A DNA stretch of 64,000 nucleotides from NCBI GenBank assembly GCA_944320495.1, contig CALUHR010000002.1, forward strand, positions 36,609 to 100,608. The letters are read 5' to 3'. The position numbers and the translations under genes were made by a program. Below are positions 29,439 to 39,989 of this stretch, piece by piece. Below the pieces are notes generated by a model that did no database searches, was not told the origin of the DNA, and saw nothing but the letters and a program-made list of their open reading frames with translations. Origin of the DNA: Candidatus Methanomethylophilaceae archaeon. GTDB taxonomy: Archaea > Thermoplasmatota > Thermoplasmata > Methanomassiliicoccales > Methanomethylophilaceae. Each line of letters starts with the position of its first letter. Position 1 is the first letter of the stretch.

Positions 29439-30284
29439 TCAGAGGACGACCGGCGTGATGTGCGCGGAGAGTCCCAGGTCCTGCTCGGACATGCCCATGG
29501 CCAGCCCGTAGAGCTGGGACAGGTGCAGGACCGGCATGTTGAACCCGAGGTCCTTCTGGCTGCCGTCGAACTGCAGGTGGCAGAACGGGCAGACGTCGAT
29601 GATGTACTTGGCGCCGGAGGCCTGCATGTTCTCCAGGTTGGTCTGGGTGAACTTCATGGCGACGTCGCCGAAGGCGGCCTTGAGTCCTCCGCCGGCTCCG
29701 CAGCACAGCATCTTCTGCTGCCTGGGCATGCTCTTGGCACCGGTGGCCTCGACGAGGTCGTCCAGGATGTGGGGGTTCTCGGGGTCGTCCAGGTTCTTGA
29801 TGGCGCTGGGCTTGAGGAAGTGGCATCCGTAGAAGGTGGCGACCTGGTACTCCAGGGGCTTGGTGACCTTCTCCTTGATCTTCTCGACGCCGATCTCGTT
29901 GTAGAGGACCTCGGCGAAGTGGCGGACCTCGGTGGTTCCCTTGTACTCCATTCCGATCTCCTTCAGGACCTCGTTGACCTCCTTGAGGGCCTCGGGGTTG
30001 CCGTTTAGCTCGTGAGCTGCGTCGAACAGGGTTCCGTAGCATCCGTTGCAGATGGTCATGATGGGCAGACCCTTCTGCTCGGCGAGGGCCAGGTTCCTTG
30101 CGGCGGCGGCGAGCCAGGTCTTCTTGTTGAAGGCCCTGATGACTCCGGGAGCGGGGCAGCAGCTCGCATCGTCCAGATCGACGAGCTCGATGTCCAGAGC
30201 CTTGCAGACCTCCCTGGTGGACTTCTCGATACCGGGGTACCTGAGGGGGGCGATGCATCCGAGGAAAAACGCGTACTTTGCCAT
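29439..30284 (-). CDS. hdrB: Heterodisulfide reductase subunit B
   Basis: Two CCG domains: SCCPAPG, CNGC, CCGAGGG, CPFCHLQFD. Confidence 0.95.
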   Translation of the reverse strand: MAKYAFFLGCIAPLRYPGIEKSTREVCKALDIELVDLDDASCCPAPGVIRAFNKKTWLAAAARNLALAEQKGLPIMTICNGCYGTLFDAAHELNGNPEALKEVNEVLKEIGMEYKGTTEVRHFAEVLYNEIGVEKIKEKVTKPLEYQVATFYGCHFLKPSAIKNLDDPENPHILDDLVEATGAKSMPRQQKMLCCGAGGGLKAAFGDVAMKFTQTNLENMQASGAKYIIDVCPFCHLQFDGSQKDLGFNMPVLHLSQLYGLAMGMSEQDLGLSAHITPVVL

Positions 30285-30288
30285 TCTA

Positions 30289-30786
30289 TCACTCCGAAGT
30301 GATCTTGTCGAAACCGGTGACGGTCAGAATCTTGTCCAGATCGGCCTTGGCCTTGTCGGAAGCAAGGACGGTGGGCGGGATTCCGGGCAGGCCGAGAGAC
30401 TCGCGAAGCGCGGTGATGTCGTCCTTGACAGGGACGGTGTGGCCGTACTTGGAGAAGTTCTTGGCGGTGTTCTTGTGGTTGGGGTACATGTGACCCTCGG
30501 CGACGGCGAGGTTCCTGAGGGAGATCACGATGTCCACGATGGGGACCTGCCTGGGGCACCTCTCGACGCAGGTGTAGCATGTGCTGCACTCCCACAGCTC
30601 CTCACTGTTCAGGATCTCCTCCCTGAGGCCGAGCTGGGCCATCCTCATGAGTTTCCTGGTCCTGTAGGAGGTCCTCCTACCGGAGGGGCAGCCAGCGGTG
30701 CAGGTTCCGCACTGGAAGCAGAGCTTGACGTCGCCGGCTCCTGCCGCAGTCAGCTCGTTGAAGAACTCTGGGTTGGGTGAAACCAT
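30289..30786 (-). CDS. hdrC: Heterodisulfide reductase subunit C
   Basis: CFQCGTCTAGCPSG and CSTCYTCVERCPR. Confidence 0.95.
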   Translation of the reverse strand: MVSPNPEFFNELTAAGAGDVKLCFQCGTCTAGCPSGRRTSYRTRKLMRMAQLGLREEILNSEELWECSTCYTCVERCPRQVPIVDIVISLRNLAVAEGHMYPNHKNTAKNFSKYGHTVPVKDDITALRESLGLPGIPPTVLASDKAKADLDKILTVTGFDKITSE

Positions 30787-30870
30787 AGTATCGAGCCGTG
30801 CCACACGGTCACCGTATTTAATCGAGACAGTCGGCACCGCATGGGTGTTATCTTATCGGGTAATCCTTAA

Positions 30871-31671
30871 TCACGAGAGTCTGGACTTGAGCGCGGCGAT
30901 GAGCCTCTGCACCTGCCTTCCGTCCGTCCGGTACAGTGCGGTGATGGCGTGGCGGAGCACCTTGGGATCCACGGCGCTCTTCAGCCTGAGGTTCCTCCTC
31001 GTGAGCAGGTACTCCTCGACGAAGAAGCTCTTGTTGGAGCCCAGGAGCTCCGGGAGCGAGAAGGTCTCCGCGTCGACGGTGTACTCGCGGTCCACCGAGT
31101 CCATGAACATGAACGCGACCCTCTGGGCGCCGTAGCGGTAGCGGATGAACGACGGGCCGTTGTCCACCATGACCATGCCCATGTAGCCGATCTCGTCCAT
31201 GGCGAACTCGTCCGCGTCGAACAGGTACAGCGGATCGTCGATGATGGCTATGTCCGTGCGGTCCTCCCTGAGCATCCTGATGTTGTACTCGTCATCGGAT
31301 ATCACGACGTTGGCGTCGGTCATCTTCAGCGACGAGAGGACGGACATCAGCAGGTCCTCCATCACGGGGCTGCAGCACACCGTGAACCTCCTGGACATGT
31401 CGCAGCGGAGTGCCATGGACCTGGCCACCGATGCTATCTCCTCGCCTTCGGGCGTGAGGCGGGATCCGGCGGGCGTGGTCTTCAGCACAGGGGCGCCGGC
31501 GGCGTCCTCTATGCTGGACATGTACTTGTGGAGGACAGGGACGGAGATCCCCATGCGCTGTGCCGCGGCCGTCTGGCTACCCGTCTCCTGCACCGCGAGG
31601 AGCGCCTCGAGCTGGCGCGCGGTTACCTGCTTGCCGTTGATCGTCTGCGAGCTCTGTACGCGGATCTGCAC
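30871..31671 (-). CDS. LysR/ModE-like HTH regulator
   Basis: GSQTAAAQRMGIS HTH, GSRLTPEG. Confidence 0.8.
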   Translation of the reverse strand: MQIRVQSSQTINGKQVTARQLEALLAVQETGSQTAAAQRMGISVPVLHKYMSSIEDAAGAPVLKTTPAGSRLTPEGEEIASVARSMALRCDMSRRFTVCCSPVMEDLLMSVLSSLKMTDANVVISDDEYNIRMLREDRTDIAIIDDPLYLFDADEFAMDEIGYMGMVMVDNGPSFIRYRYGAQRVAFMFMDSVDREYTVDAETFSLPELLGSNKSFFVEEYLLTRRNLRLKSAVDPKVLRHAITALYRTDGRQVQRLIAALKSRLS

Positions 31672-31762
31672 GGCATACGGGTATTACCTTCCAGGGTAAA
31701 ACGGTGTCGAATGACAAATTGACGAACGTCAAACTGAAGACGTGGACGCCCATGCGGCGTCA

Positions 31763-32242
31763 ATGGCCCTCAACGGAAGGATAGCTGTCATCGGACTCGG
31801 AAGCCCAATCATGTGCGACGACGCGGTCGGTCTCCGCGTATCGGAGACGATAGACGCCCTCGACATGGACGAAGTGGACTGCTTCCAGGAGGCCATCGGC
31901 GGACTGGACATACTGCCCGTGATCCACGGCTACTCCCACGCGATAGTGGTCGACGCCATCCAGACGGGCGAGTACGGGCCCGGCACCGTCCTGCTCTTCA
32001 GGGAGAGCGACTTCGACGAGGTAATCACGGATGCCGCGACGCACGACGTCAACCTCCCCACGGCCATAAAGATCGGCCGCAAGATGGATCCGGAGATCAT
32101 GCCCGAGACGATATCCTTCGTCGCCGTCGAGGTGCAGGACATCAAGACCGTCACGGAGACGATGACCCCCGAGGTGGAGGCGGCCGTGGACAGCGCCAAG
32201 GCCGCGGTCCTCCATCTGATAGAGACGGCCAGGGGCGCCTGA
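31763..32242 (+). CDS. Hydrogenase maturation protease
   Basis: IGLGSPIMCDDAVG, IVVDAI, THD. Confidence 0.9.
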   Translation: MALNGRIAVIGLGSPIMCDDAVGLRVSETIDALDMDEVDCFQEAIGGLDILPVIHGYSHAIVVDAIQTGEYGPGTVLLFRESDFDEVITDAATHDVNLPTAIKIGRKMDPEIMPETISFVAVEVQDIKTVTETMTPEVEAAVDSAKAAVLHLIETARGA

Positions 32243-32248
32243 GTACCC

Positions 32249-33520
32249 TCAGAACGCCAGGTCGGAGATCTCCGTCTTCCTGACAGCGCGTCCGGCCTTC
32301 CCGAGGACCATCACATTCATCCTCTCGGGACGGAGGATGTCCCTCGCCACGCGCATGACGTCCTCCTCGGTGACCGCATCTATCTTGTCAAGACGCTCCT
32401 CGAGGCTCTCGGTGGACCCGTTGAGCATGTGGTTGACGCCTAGCCTGTACAGCCTGTGCTCGGTTGACTCCATGGCCCTCACGTTCGCACCCTTCACGAG
32501 GCGCTTGGCGCGCTCCAGCTCGCCCTCCTCGAGACCATCCCTCAGAAGCCTCCCGAACTCCGCGGAGGTCGTGGACATGGCCTCGGACGCGTTCCCGTCG
32601 GTGCAGGACATGTACGCCACCATGGAGCTCGCGTCGCTCTCCTGGCTCACCGTCGTGTACACCGAGTAGACGAGCGCCTTCTGCTCCCTCACGGACTGGA
32701 ACAGCCTGGAGCTGGTCCCGCTCCCGAGGACAGCGGAGAGCATCGTCAGCGCGGAGCGGTCCGGATGGGACGCCCCGTAGGAGGGGAAGCCCATGGCGAC
32801 CTGAAGATGATCGGAATCCCCCTTCTCGCATCTGAACTCCGCCTTCGGCATCGGGGGCTCAGCCCTCGCGTTCGCCCTTCCCCCGGACATCCCGTCCAGG
32901 GCTGTCTCGGCCCAGGCGACCGTCTCGTCGAGGTCGACGTCGCCAGCAGCGTAGACCGCCAGGTTGGGGATGAGGTACTTCTCCTCGTAGTAGGCCCTGA
33001 GGTCCGCGGAGGTCAGGCGGGCGACGATCCCCTTGTCCCCTCCCTCGTCCTGGGACAGGGGGTGCCCCCTCCATAGCATGCTCTCGAAGATGTCGTGGAT
33101 GCGCGTCTCAGGCTCGCTCTCGATCATGCTCAGCTCCTGGAGGACGATCTTCTTCTCGAGCTCCGTGTCCTTCTCGTTGATGAGCGGATTGGCGACTATG
33201 TCCCCGACCATCTCCATGGCCGTCCCCCTGGTCTCGCTGATGGTGATGCCGTAGAACGCGGTCATCTCGCGGCCTGTGAACGCGTTGAGCTCCCCTCCGG
33301 CGCCCTCCATCTCCTTGGCCATCTGGTAGGAGTCGCGGGTCTTCGTCTCGCGGAACACCGTGTGCTCCAGGAGATGCGACAGCCCGAATATGCCATCGGT
33401 CTCGTCCCTGGAGCCTGTGGCAACTCCGATCATGTATCCGGCGCTCCGGCTCCCGGGGATGCGCTCTGCCACGACGGGTATGCCTCCCGCCGTCCTGGCC
33501 ATGGTTATGCGGTCGCTCAT
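32249..33520 (-). CDS. M16-family Zn peptidase
   Basis: SHLLEHTVF (HxxEH), LNAFTGRE, SSRLFQSVRE. Confidence 0.92.
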   Translation of the reverse strand: MSDRITMARTAGGIPVVAERIPGSRSAGYMIGVATGSRDETDGIFGLSHLLEHTVFRETKTRDSYQMAKEMEGAGGELNAFTGREMTAFYGITISETRGTAMEMVGDIVANPLINEKDTELEKKIVLQELSMIESEPETRIHDIFESMLWRGHPLSQDEGGDKGIVARLTSADLRAYYEEKYLIPNLAVYAAGDVDLDETVAWAETALDGMSGGRANARAEPPMPKAEFRCEKGDSDHLQVAMGFPSYGASHPDRSALTMLSAVLGSGTSSRLFQSVREQKALVYSVYTTVSQESDASSMVAYMSCTDGNASEAMSTTSAEFGRLLRDGLEEGELERAKRLVKGANVRAMESTEHRLYRLGVNHMLNGSTESLEERLDKIDAVTEEDVMRVARDILRPERMNVMVLGKAGRAVRKTEISDLAF

Positions 33521-33572
33521 GCCCTTCCCATCCACCGTTCCCATTAATATCTTCGTCGGGATACCGGGTGGC

Positions 33573-34304
33573 ATGTGCCTAGAGACCATCAGATACTCGG
33601 ACCTGGGTCTGGACGATCCGGTCGGGATCGTCGGGTTCCCCAGCGTAGGTCTGGTGAGCTCGATCGCGGCGAACTATTATGTCAGCCAGCTCAAGATGGA
33701 ACCTGTAGCCGGCATCCACGGGGAGAGGATCCCGCCGTACAGCCTTGTGTCCAATGCCACGGCATATCCGCCTGTGCGCCTGTACGGCCACAAGAGACGC
33801 ACCAAGAACGGCAAGGACGCCGTCGTGTGCACTTCCGAGTTCGCCCCGAAGCCCGAGGACTGCTACCTGCTGGGCAACACCGTCCTGGGGACCCTGAGGG
33901 ACCTGGGATGCAGGGACGTCATCTGCCTCGAGGGGATACCACGGATGACCGAGCAGGACCAGCCCGTCATATGCGGCGGGAGCGGCCCCGGCGTCGGCAG
34001 GCTGTACGAGGCCTCCGGCCTCCAGAAGATGGAGAGCGGCATGGTCAAAGGGATAACCGGCGTCATGATGTATATGGCTGCCCAGAGGGGGATGAACCTC
34101 GTCACCATCCTCTGCCCGGCGAACCCGAGCATCCCGGACCCGGCATCCGCCGCGGCCTTCATGGAGCCGGTCTCCAAGATGGTCAAGGGACTGAAGGTCA
34201 ACACCAAGCTTCTGTTCGAGGAGGGTGACGAGATCATGCGCAGGACCCAGACGAGCCAGGCGACCATGGACAACGACCCCTCCGAGAGCGCCATCTACGG
34301 GTGA
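33573..34304 (+). CDS. PAC2-family proteasome assembly chaperone
   Basis: GFPSVGLVSSIAA, PDPASAA. Confidence 0.85.
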   Translation: MCLETIRYSDLGLDDPVGIVGFPSVGLVSSIAANYYVSQLKMEPVAGIHGERIPPYSLVSNATAYPPVRLYGHKRRTKNGKDAVVCTSEFAPKPEDCYLLGNTVLGTLRDLGCRDVICLEGIPRMTEQDQPVICGGSGPGVGRLYEASGLQKMESGMVKGITGVMMYMAAQRGMNLVTILCPANPSIPDPASAAAFMEPVSKMVKGLKVNTKLLFEEGDEIMRRTQTSQATMDNDPSESAIYG

Positions 34305-34305
34305 C

Positions 34306-34755
34306 ATGTACGGACTGACCCAGTGCGGCCTCTGCCGCCGCCCCCGGATCGTCGAGACGAACGACTCCGTCACCACCTGCCCGTACTGCGGGCATTCGGA
34401 GCGTGCCGGAAGGAACGGGTTCATCTTTACATCCGAGAGCCAGTCGGAGGTCCGCGCCGCGCTGTCCAGGGCCATGGGCGCGGACGAGTTCCTTCCGACC
34501 CAGGCGGACCTGAGGGAGAGAAGGAGGAGGATCGGGGAATCGGATCCGGAGTCCACCCTGGCCTACCGCTACGAGCATGCCACGGACCTCGAAGAGAAGA
34601 TGGAGATCCTCTCGGAGGGGCTCACCGCCCTCAGAGGGGAGTTCACCCTGGAGGATGTCGAGGGGTACGAGCCCAGGAGGGCGGAGAAGATGCTCTCCGC
34701 CATGCTGGACCGCGGCTTCGTCCACGAGACCCGTCCGGGATTCTATCGGGCGCGA
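34306..34755 (+). CDS. Zn-ribbon + winged-helix protein (DUF1922-like; end placed at CGA 34753-34755)
   Basis: CxxC...CPYC N-terminus; C-terminal MLDRGFVHETRPGFYRA then CGA abutting the convergent gene's stop. Confidence 0.75.
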
Positions 34756-35481
34756 TCACTTCGACTTGGGGATGTCCCCGCGCTTCTTGCCCTCCATCAG
34801 GAGGACCTCACGGACGATGTTGGGCAGCTTCCTCTGCATGATGTAGAAGTAGTACAGGCCACCGAGGACCAGCATCAGAACCATGAACGCGTAGAACAGC
34901 AGGCTGTCACCGTTCAGGATGGCACCGCAGAGCAGCATGTCGTAGGCCACCATCGGCAGGAGTGCCTGGAGCGCGAACTCCATGACGCGGTGCCTGGCTA
35001 TGCCCTCTCCAACGTTGGTTCCGCATGCGCCCATTATCAGGGACATCGAGACGGACAGCAGGATGAGGACGACGAACGACGGACCTATGGAGACGTCCAT
35101 GTCCGTGAGCGCCCCGTAAATGAGGAAGCAGAACCCGGTGGCGAACCCGCAGGAGTTCCCCAGACCGAGGGCGAAACCGTAGAACACGGAATCCGACTTG
35201 CCCCTGAACCTGCGCAGGTTCATCACGAGCACCATGGCCAGTATCTGGATGACCGCGAGCAGAACCATCAGTATGATGCTCGATGCAGCGTTGAGTATGC
35301 GCATCGCCACGAAGACGATCGATCCCTCCACGAGGCCGACCACGAACAGCATGAAGAACGTGGGGTCGCTGAAGAACGGCTGCTCGACCCTCGGATAGGT
35401 GTAGTTCCTGACACCCAGGAACATGAGCGCGAGAGCCGGCGCTATCCCGACCACCATGGCGATGCCCATTACAGCGTCCAT
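34756..35481 (-). CDS. Hypothetical multi-pass membrane protein
   Basis: 241-aa hydrophobic ORF, FYGFALGLG. Confidence 0.75.
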   Translation of the reverse strand: MDAVMGIAMVVGIAPALALMFLGVRNYTYPRVEQPFFSDPTFFMLFVVGLVEGSIVFVAMRILNAASSIILMVLLAVIQILAMVLVMNLRRFRGKSDSVFYGFALGLGNSCGFATGFCFLIYGALTDMDVSIGPSFVVLILLSVSMSLIMGACGTNVGEGIARHRVMEFALQALLPMVAYDMLLCGAILNGDSLLFYAFMVLMLVLGGLYYFYIMQRKLPNIVREVLLMEGKKRGDIPKSK

Positions 35482-35496
35482 GCTCTCGGCCAGAAA

Positions 35497-37431
35497 TCAT
35501 GGTCTATTAATGGTTGCGGGAGACGCACCAACATCCTCGGAGAGCAGACGGTCGGAATAGTGCACCACCATGCAGGACCTCTCGCATCTGCCGCAGGAAT
35601 TGCATCTCCCGGGATCGACGCGCATGCCACCGTCCATCGTGATGGCGCAGCGGGGGCATCCCTTGGCGCATATCCCGCACTCTGTGCACATCATCGCCCT
35701 CACAAGCGCCGTGACCGCCCTGGAGAACACCTCCTTCGCGTTCCTTGCGTCGGGGGAGTTGACGGACACCTGACCGCCGCCGAACAGACGGGCCCGGCCT
35801 ATCGGCAGACGCAGGAGGGCGATCTCGTACGCGTCGTCGTACTTCGCATCCCCCACGGTGCGCAGGGCGTCCTCCACGTAGGAGAAGTCCCTTTGCCTCG
35901 GGACGTTGACGATGGCCTCTATTGAGAATCCCCCGGCGGCGCACGGCGATGCGCCCTTCAGCATCCTCATGGACGGGCCGGGCTGCGCCTTCGGCCTGAG
36001 GTCGAGGCCCATCTCGTCGGCGATGCGGACCATCTTCGGCGGAAGGGCCTTCCACCTCCAGAACCCCATTGACGCGTACTCCGGCGGGAGCCCTCTGGAT
36101 TCCGCGTAAGATGCGAGATAGGAATCCCACTCGGATGCGAGATCCGGATGGATCCTGCGCGTGTTCGCCCACTCGCTCTCCAGGCATGCGGGGCAGAGGT
36201 AGCACCCAATCCTCTCGAAGTCCCTGTCGTACAGCGGATTGTAATCGAGACCGTGGGTTAGGATGTAGAGCCAGACCTCCGCGGCACTCCAATCGCGGAT
36301 GGGGTTGAGGTTGATCTGGTTGGGAACGAAAGGATTCCTGGTGACGAACGACGTCTTCGAGCGGGCGAAGGACTCCAGGCGCCTGTTGCCCTCCACAGTG
36401 ACCGTCCCCTTGGGGAAGTCCCTGTCGATCGTGTCCGTGACAGGACCGAGCTTGCAGACCTTGCAACACCAGCGGAAGTCCTTGGCCGGCGGCCCGAAGG
36501 AGTCGATGTTGTCGCTGAAGCCCGTTCCTCCCACGGCACGGTGGAGCCTCAGACCGTTCATCCTCGCGAAGCGGTCCACGTACTCCAGCGTCTCAGGGAA
36601 CTCCAGGCCCGTATCTATGTTGATGAGGTCCACGTTGCCGCATGCCTCCATGGCCAGGGCGCATGCCGCGAGGGAGTCCTTGCCTCCCGAGAAGGACACG
36701 GTCACAGGCAGATGATTGCGGTTGCCCTCGTCCATGAACCTGCGGATCTCGTGGACGGCGCGCCTCTGTATCCTCCTCACATGACCCCTGTTGCAGGCGA
36801 CGAACGTGTCCAGACCCGCCTTCGGGGACATGGGGATCCCCGACGGCGCGTTCAGGTCGCGGATCTTGACCGCGCGCTCCGCGCTGCGGAGGGAACCGCT
36901 GTCGCAGAGCGCCACGCCAGGACCCGCCTTACCACCCTTCAGGAGAATGAGCGGGTCGCCCTCGGAGAACGTCCCGACGACCTCGGTCACGTTCGCCCCG
37001 GGCACGACCTTGCCTTTGAGATGTCCGGACATCCCCGCGAAGCGGACGATGGAGCGCTTCGCCACGGGGGCGAACATCTCCGCCCCGTGCTGCCTGAGCT
37101 CCAGGACCATGCGGGCGCGGCGTATGTCATACCTCATGACGGCCACGACCGCCCCGTGGGCGACGATCTCATCCGCGCGATCCTCCCCCGGGATCTTGTT
37201 GAGGAACATCGCCCTTCCCCTCAGGGGGGCGTCCGTCCCGAAGGTTTCGCGGAACAGTGCCAGCACCATATCGATGGTGTCGCCCATACACGGGCGGATG
37301 TCGCCGGGGCTGTTGATCCTGAACTGCCTGCCCTCCGAACCGCAAACGGAGCACGAATCCCCCAGCAGCAGCGTGCCGCAGGCATCGCACCATCTGAGCT
37401 CCTCCTTCCCGTGGGCGGTCTGATTGGCCAT
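35497..37431 (-). CDS. PAPS-reductase-family protein with Zn-ribbon, PUA-like and 4Fe-4S domains
   Basis: SFSGGKDS, RWCCKVCK, RIGCYLCP, two CxxCxxCxxxC. Confidence 0.9.
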   Translation of the reverse strand: MANQTAHGKEELRWCDACGTLLLGDSCSVCGSEGRQFRINSPGDIRPCMGDTIDMVLALFRETFGTDAPLRGRAMFLNKIPGEDRADEIVAHGAVVAVMRYDIRRARMVLELRQHGAEMFAPVAKRSIVRFAGMSGHLKGKVVPGANVTEVVGTFSEGDPLILLKGGKAGPGVALCDSGSLRSAERAVKIRDLNAPSGIPMSPKAGLDTFVACNRGHVRRIQRRAVHEIRRFMDEGNRNHLPVTVSFSGGKDSLAACALAMEACGNVDLINIDTGLEFPETLEYVDRFARMNGLRLHRAVGGTGFSDNIDSFGPPAKDFRWCCKVCKLGPVTDTIDRDFPKGTVTVEGNRRLESFARSKTSFVTRNPFVPNQINLNPIRDWSAAEVWLYILTHGLDYNPLYDRDFERIGCYLCPACLESEWANTRRIHPDLASEWDSYLASYAESRGLPPEYASMGFWRWKALPPKMVRIADEMGLDLRPKAQPGPSMRMLKGASPCAAGGFSIEAIVNVPRQRDFSYVEDALRTVGDAKYDDAYEIALLRLPIGRARLFGGGQVSVNSPDARNAKEVFSRAVTALVRAMMCTECGICAKGCPRCAITMDGGMRVDPGRCNSCGRCERSCMVVHYSDRLLSEDVGASPATINRP

Positions 37432-37527
37432 ATGACCGAATCAAGAGCGGATACGATTTAAACATGATGAGCTGCCACGGACGGAGATGGCGCACGGGAC
37501 GCCGAAGGGTCCCACCCCAGCTTTTTA

Positions 37528-38223
37528 ATGGGTGAACCAATCGCAAGTGACATGGATGAGACGTACACGATAATCGACGCCCCGAAGAGGGGGCGGTTCG
37601 AAAGGCGTGAGGTCATCGACATAGCGGTCGCGGTGGTCGTGCTGTCCGTGGCGTTCATGGTGCTGTACCGCAACGGCAGCATCATGGACTACCTGGGATA
37701 CCACCTGGGCGATTCGATGAGATGGGTCGGACTGTTCGGTGTCTGCCTCGTCATCGTGTGCCTGAGCTTCCTGCTCCACGAGCTGGGTCACAAGTTCGTC
37801 GCCCAGAACAGCGGCATGAGGTCCGAGTTCAGGATGTGGCCTGCGGGACTGGGCATCACGCTGGTCACCTCGCTCTTCGGATTCCTCTTCGCCGCCCCGG
37901 GCGCAGTGGTGATCCACGGATGCCCGGACAAGAGGACGAACGGGAGGATCAGCATCGCCGGACCGGTGGTCAACATCGTGCTCTGTGCGGTGGGGATCGC
38001 GGGATGCCTCGTGTTCAACTACTCGGCGTGGGTGCTGTTCTTCATGCTGCTGGCATCGCTGAACGCGTTCCTCGCGTTCTTCAACCTGCTGCCGATACCG
38101 CCTCTCGACGGCTCGAAGATCGTGACCTGGAACGTCCCGGTCTACGTGATCGCCCTGGCGGCGGCCATCATAGAGCTGGCGTATCTGTATCTCTGGATGC
38201 CGGACCTGTACTTCGTCTATTGA
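37528..38223 (+). CDS. Site-2 protease / M50 metallopeptidase
   Basis: HELGH, AGPVVN, NLLPIPPLDG. Confidence 0.92.
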   Translation: MGEPIASDMDETYTIIDAPKRGRFERREVIDIAVAVVVLSVAFMVLYRNGSIMDYLGYHLGDSMRWVGLFGVCLVIVCLSFLLHELGHKFVAQNSGMRSEFRMWPAGLGITLVTSLFGFLFAAPGAVVIHGCPDKRTNGRISIAGPVVNIVLCAVGIAGCLVFNYSAWVLFFMLLASLNAFLAFFNLLPIPPLDGSKIVTWNVPVYVIALAAAIIELAYLYLWMPDLYFVY

Positions 38224-38259
38224 GATGCGGCGCCCGGTACCCCCGGGCCCGCATCCTTT

Positions 38260-39744
38260 TCAGTTCCCGTGGAACAGGCACTTGGTCTGGTACTCGGGCT
38301 CGCTGGAGGCGTACATCCCCAGCTTCTTGTAGAGCCCGTCGTCCACCTGCGATATTATCACGGACGAGTGGACGTCGCTCCCGCGCAGCGACGGGAGTGC
38401 GGCGAACGCCCTCTCGGCGTACGGGTCGGAGTTCGCGGCGATAGACAGGGCGACGAGCATTTCGTCGATGTGGAGGCGGGGGTTCCTGTTGCCCAGGTAG
38501 TCCACCTTGAGCCTCTGCATGGAGTGGATGACCTCGGGGGAGATCAGCATCACCGAATCGTCGATGCCCGCGGCGATCTTCAGGGCGTTGAGGATCATCG
38601 CCGACGACGCGGTCAGTAGCGGGGACGCCTTGCCGACCACCATCCTGCCGTCCGGGAGCTCCGCGGCGACCACTGGCCTGTCGGTCCTGGACGCCTCCTC
38701 CCTCGCCCTCACCACCGAATTGCGATAGGCGACGTCGATCCCGGCGCGGTTCATGATGAGCTCCGAACGGAACACCGCCTCGTCGTCCACTCTGCCCTCC
38801 CTGCGGTCCCTGAGCGCGGAGAAGTACCTGCGGATGATCTCGTTGTTGGCGGCCCTGCGGACGGCCTCGTCGTCCACGATGCAGTTGCCGGCCATGTTGA
38901 CCCCCATGTCCGTGGGGGACTTGTACGGGGATTCGCCGGAGATCTCCTTGAGTATGGCGTTCAGGACCGGGAAGATCTCCACGTCCCTGTTGTAGTTGAC
39001 CGCCATCTTGCCGTATGCCTCGAGATGGAACGGATCGATCATGTTGCTGTCGCTCAGGTCCGACGTGGCTGCCTCATAGGCGATGTTCACCGGATGGCCG
39101 AGCGGGAGGTTCCAGATCGGGAAGGTCTCGAACTTCGCGTAACCGGACGGGACGCCCATCCTGTGCTCGTGGTAGAGCTGGGAGAGACAGACGGCCATCT
39201 TCCCGCTGCCCGGCCCGGGTGCGGTGACGACGACCAGCGGCTTGGTTGTCTCGACGTACTCGTTCCTGCCGTAACCGTCGTCCGAGACGATGAGCTGCAG
39301 GTTCGAAGGATATCCGGCGATGGGGTAGTGGCGGTAGACACGGAGACCCAGGTCCTCGGCCTTCCTCTGGAAGGCGTCGGCGGCCGCCTGCCCGTTGTAC
39401 TGTGTGATGACCAGGCCGCACACGCCGATCCCACGGTCGGTGAAGGAGTCCACCAGCCTCAGGACCTCCTGGTCGTATCCTATGCCGATGTCCTTGCGGA
39501 CCTTGTTCTTGACGATGTCCTCGGCGTTGATGACCACTATGGCCTCGGCCTGACCGCCGAACTCCATCAGCATGCGGATCTTGCTGTCCGGCATGAACCC
39601 GGGCAGGACCCTGGACGCGTGGTAGTCGTCGAACAGCTTGCCGCCGAACTCGAGGTACAGCTTGCCGCCGAACCTCTGGATGCGCTCCCTGATGTGCTCG
39701 GACTGGGTCTTGAGGTACTTGTCGTTGTCGAATCCGCCAGCCAT
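38260..39744 (-). CDS. DUF1846-family protein
   Basis: LYLEFGGKLFDDYHASRVLPGF, APGPGSGK, YAKFETFP. Confidence 0.9.
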   Translation of the reverse strand: MAGGFDNDKYLKTQSEHIRERIQRFGGKLYLEFGGKLFDDYHASRVLPGFMPDSKIRMLMEFGGQAEAIVVINAEDIVKNKVRKDIGIGYDQEVLRLVDSFTDRGIGVCGLVITQYNGQAAADAFQRKAEDLGLRVYRHYPIAGYPSNLQLIVSDDGYGRNEYVETTKPLVVVTAPGPGSGKMAVCLSQLYHEHRMGVPSGYAKFETFPIWNLPLGHPVNIAYEAATSDLSDSNMIDPFHLEAYGKMAVNYNRDVEIFPVLNAILKEISGESPYKSPTDMGVNMAGNCIVDDEAVRRAANNEIIRRYFSALRDRREGRVDDEAVFRSELIMNRAGIDVAYRNSVVRAREEASRTDRPVVAAELPDGRMVVGKASPLLTASSAMILNALKIAAGIDDSVMLISPEVIHSMQRLKVDYLGNRNPRLHIDEMLVALSIAANSDPYAERAFAALPSLRGSDVHSSVIISQVDDGLYKKLGMYASSEPEYQTKCLFHGN

Positions 39745-39989
39745 CTGACTCACCTGCCTCCTAATCTTGAGGGCATTGTTAAAAGTTCCCCAATCCTGAA
39801 TATCCGAACAGACTTGTCCCCGTAACATGGACATGTGGATGGGAAATGCGCGCGGAACCGTGGAATCGTCTGTCCCCCGAAAGCTCGGGCCAGCGATTGC
39901 CGATCGCCCTCAGTCAGAATCCCCGCCCTCCGGGATCAGGACCCTCGAGGGCGGGTAAAAGGCGGGCTCCCGCCCGCCTGGGTTTAGGA

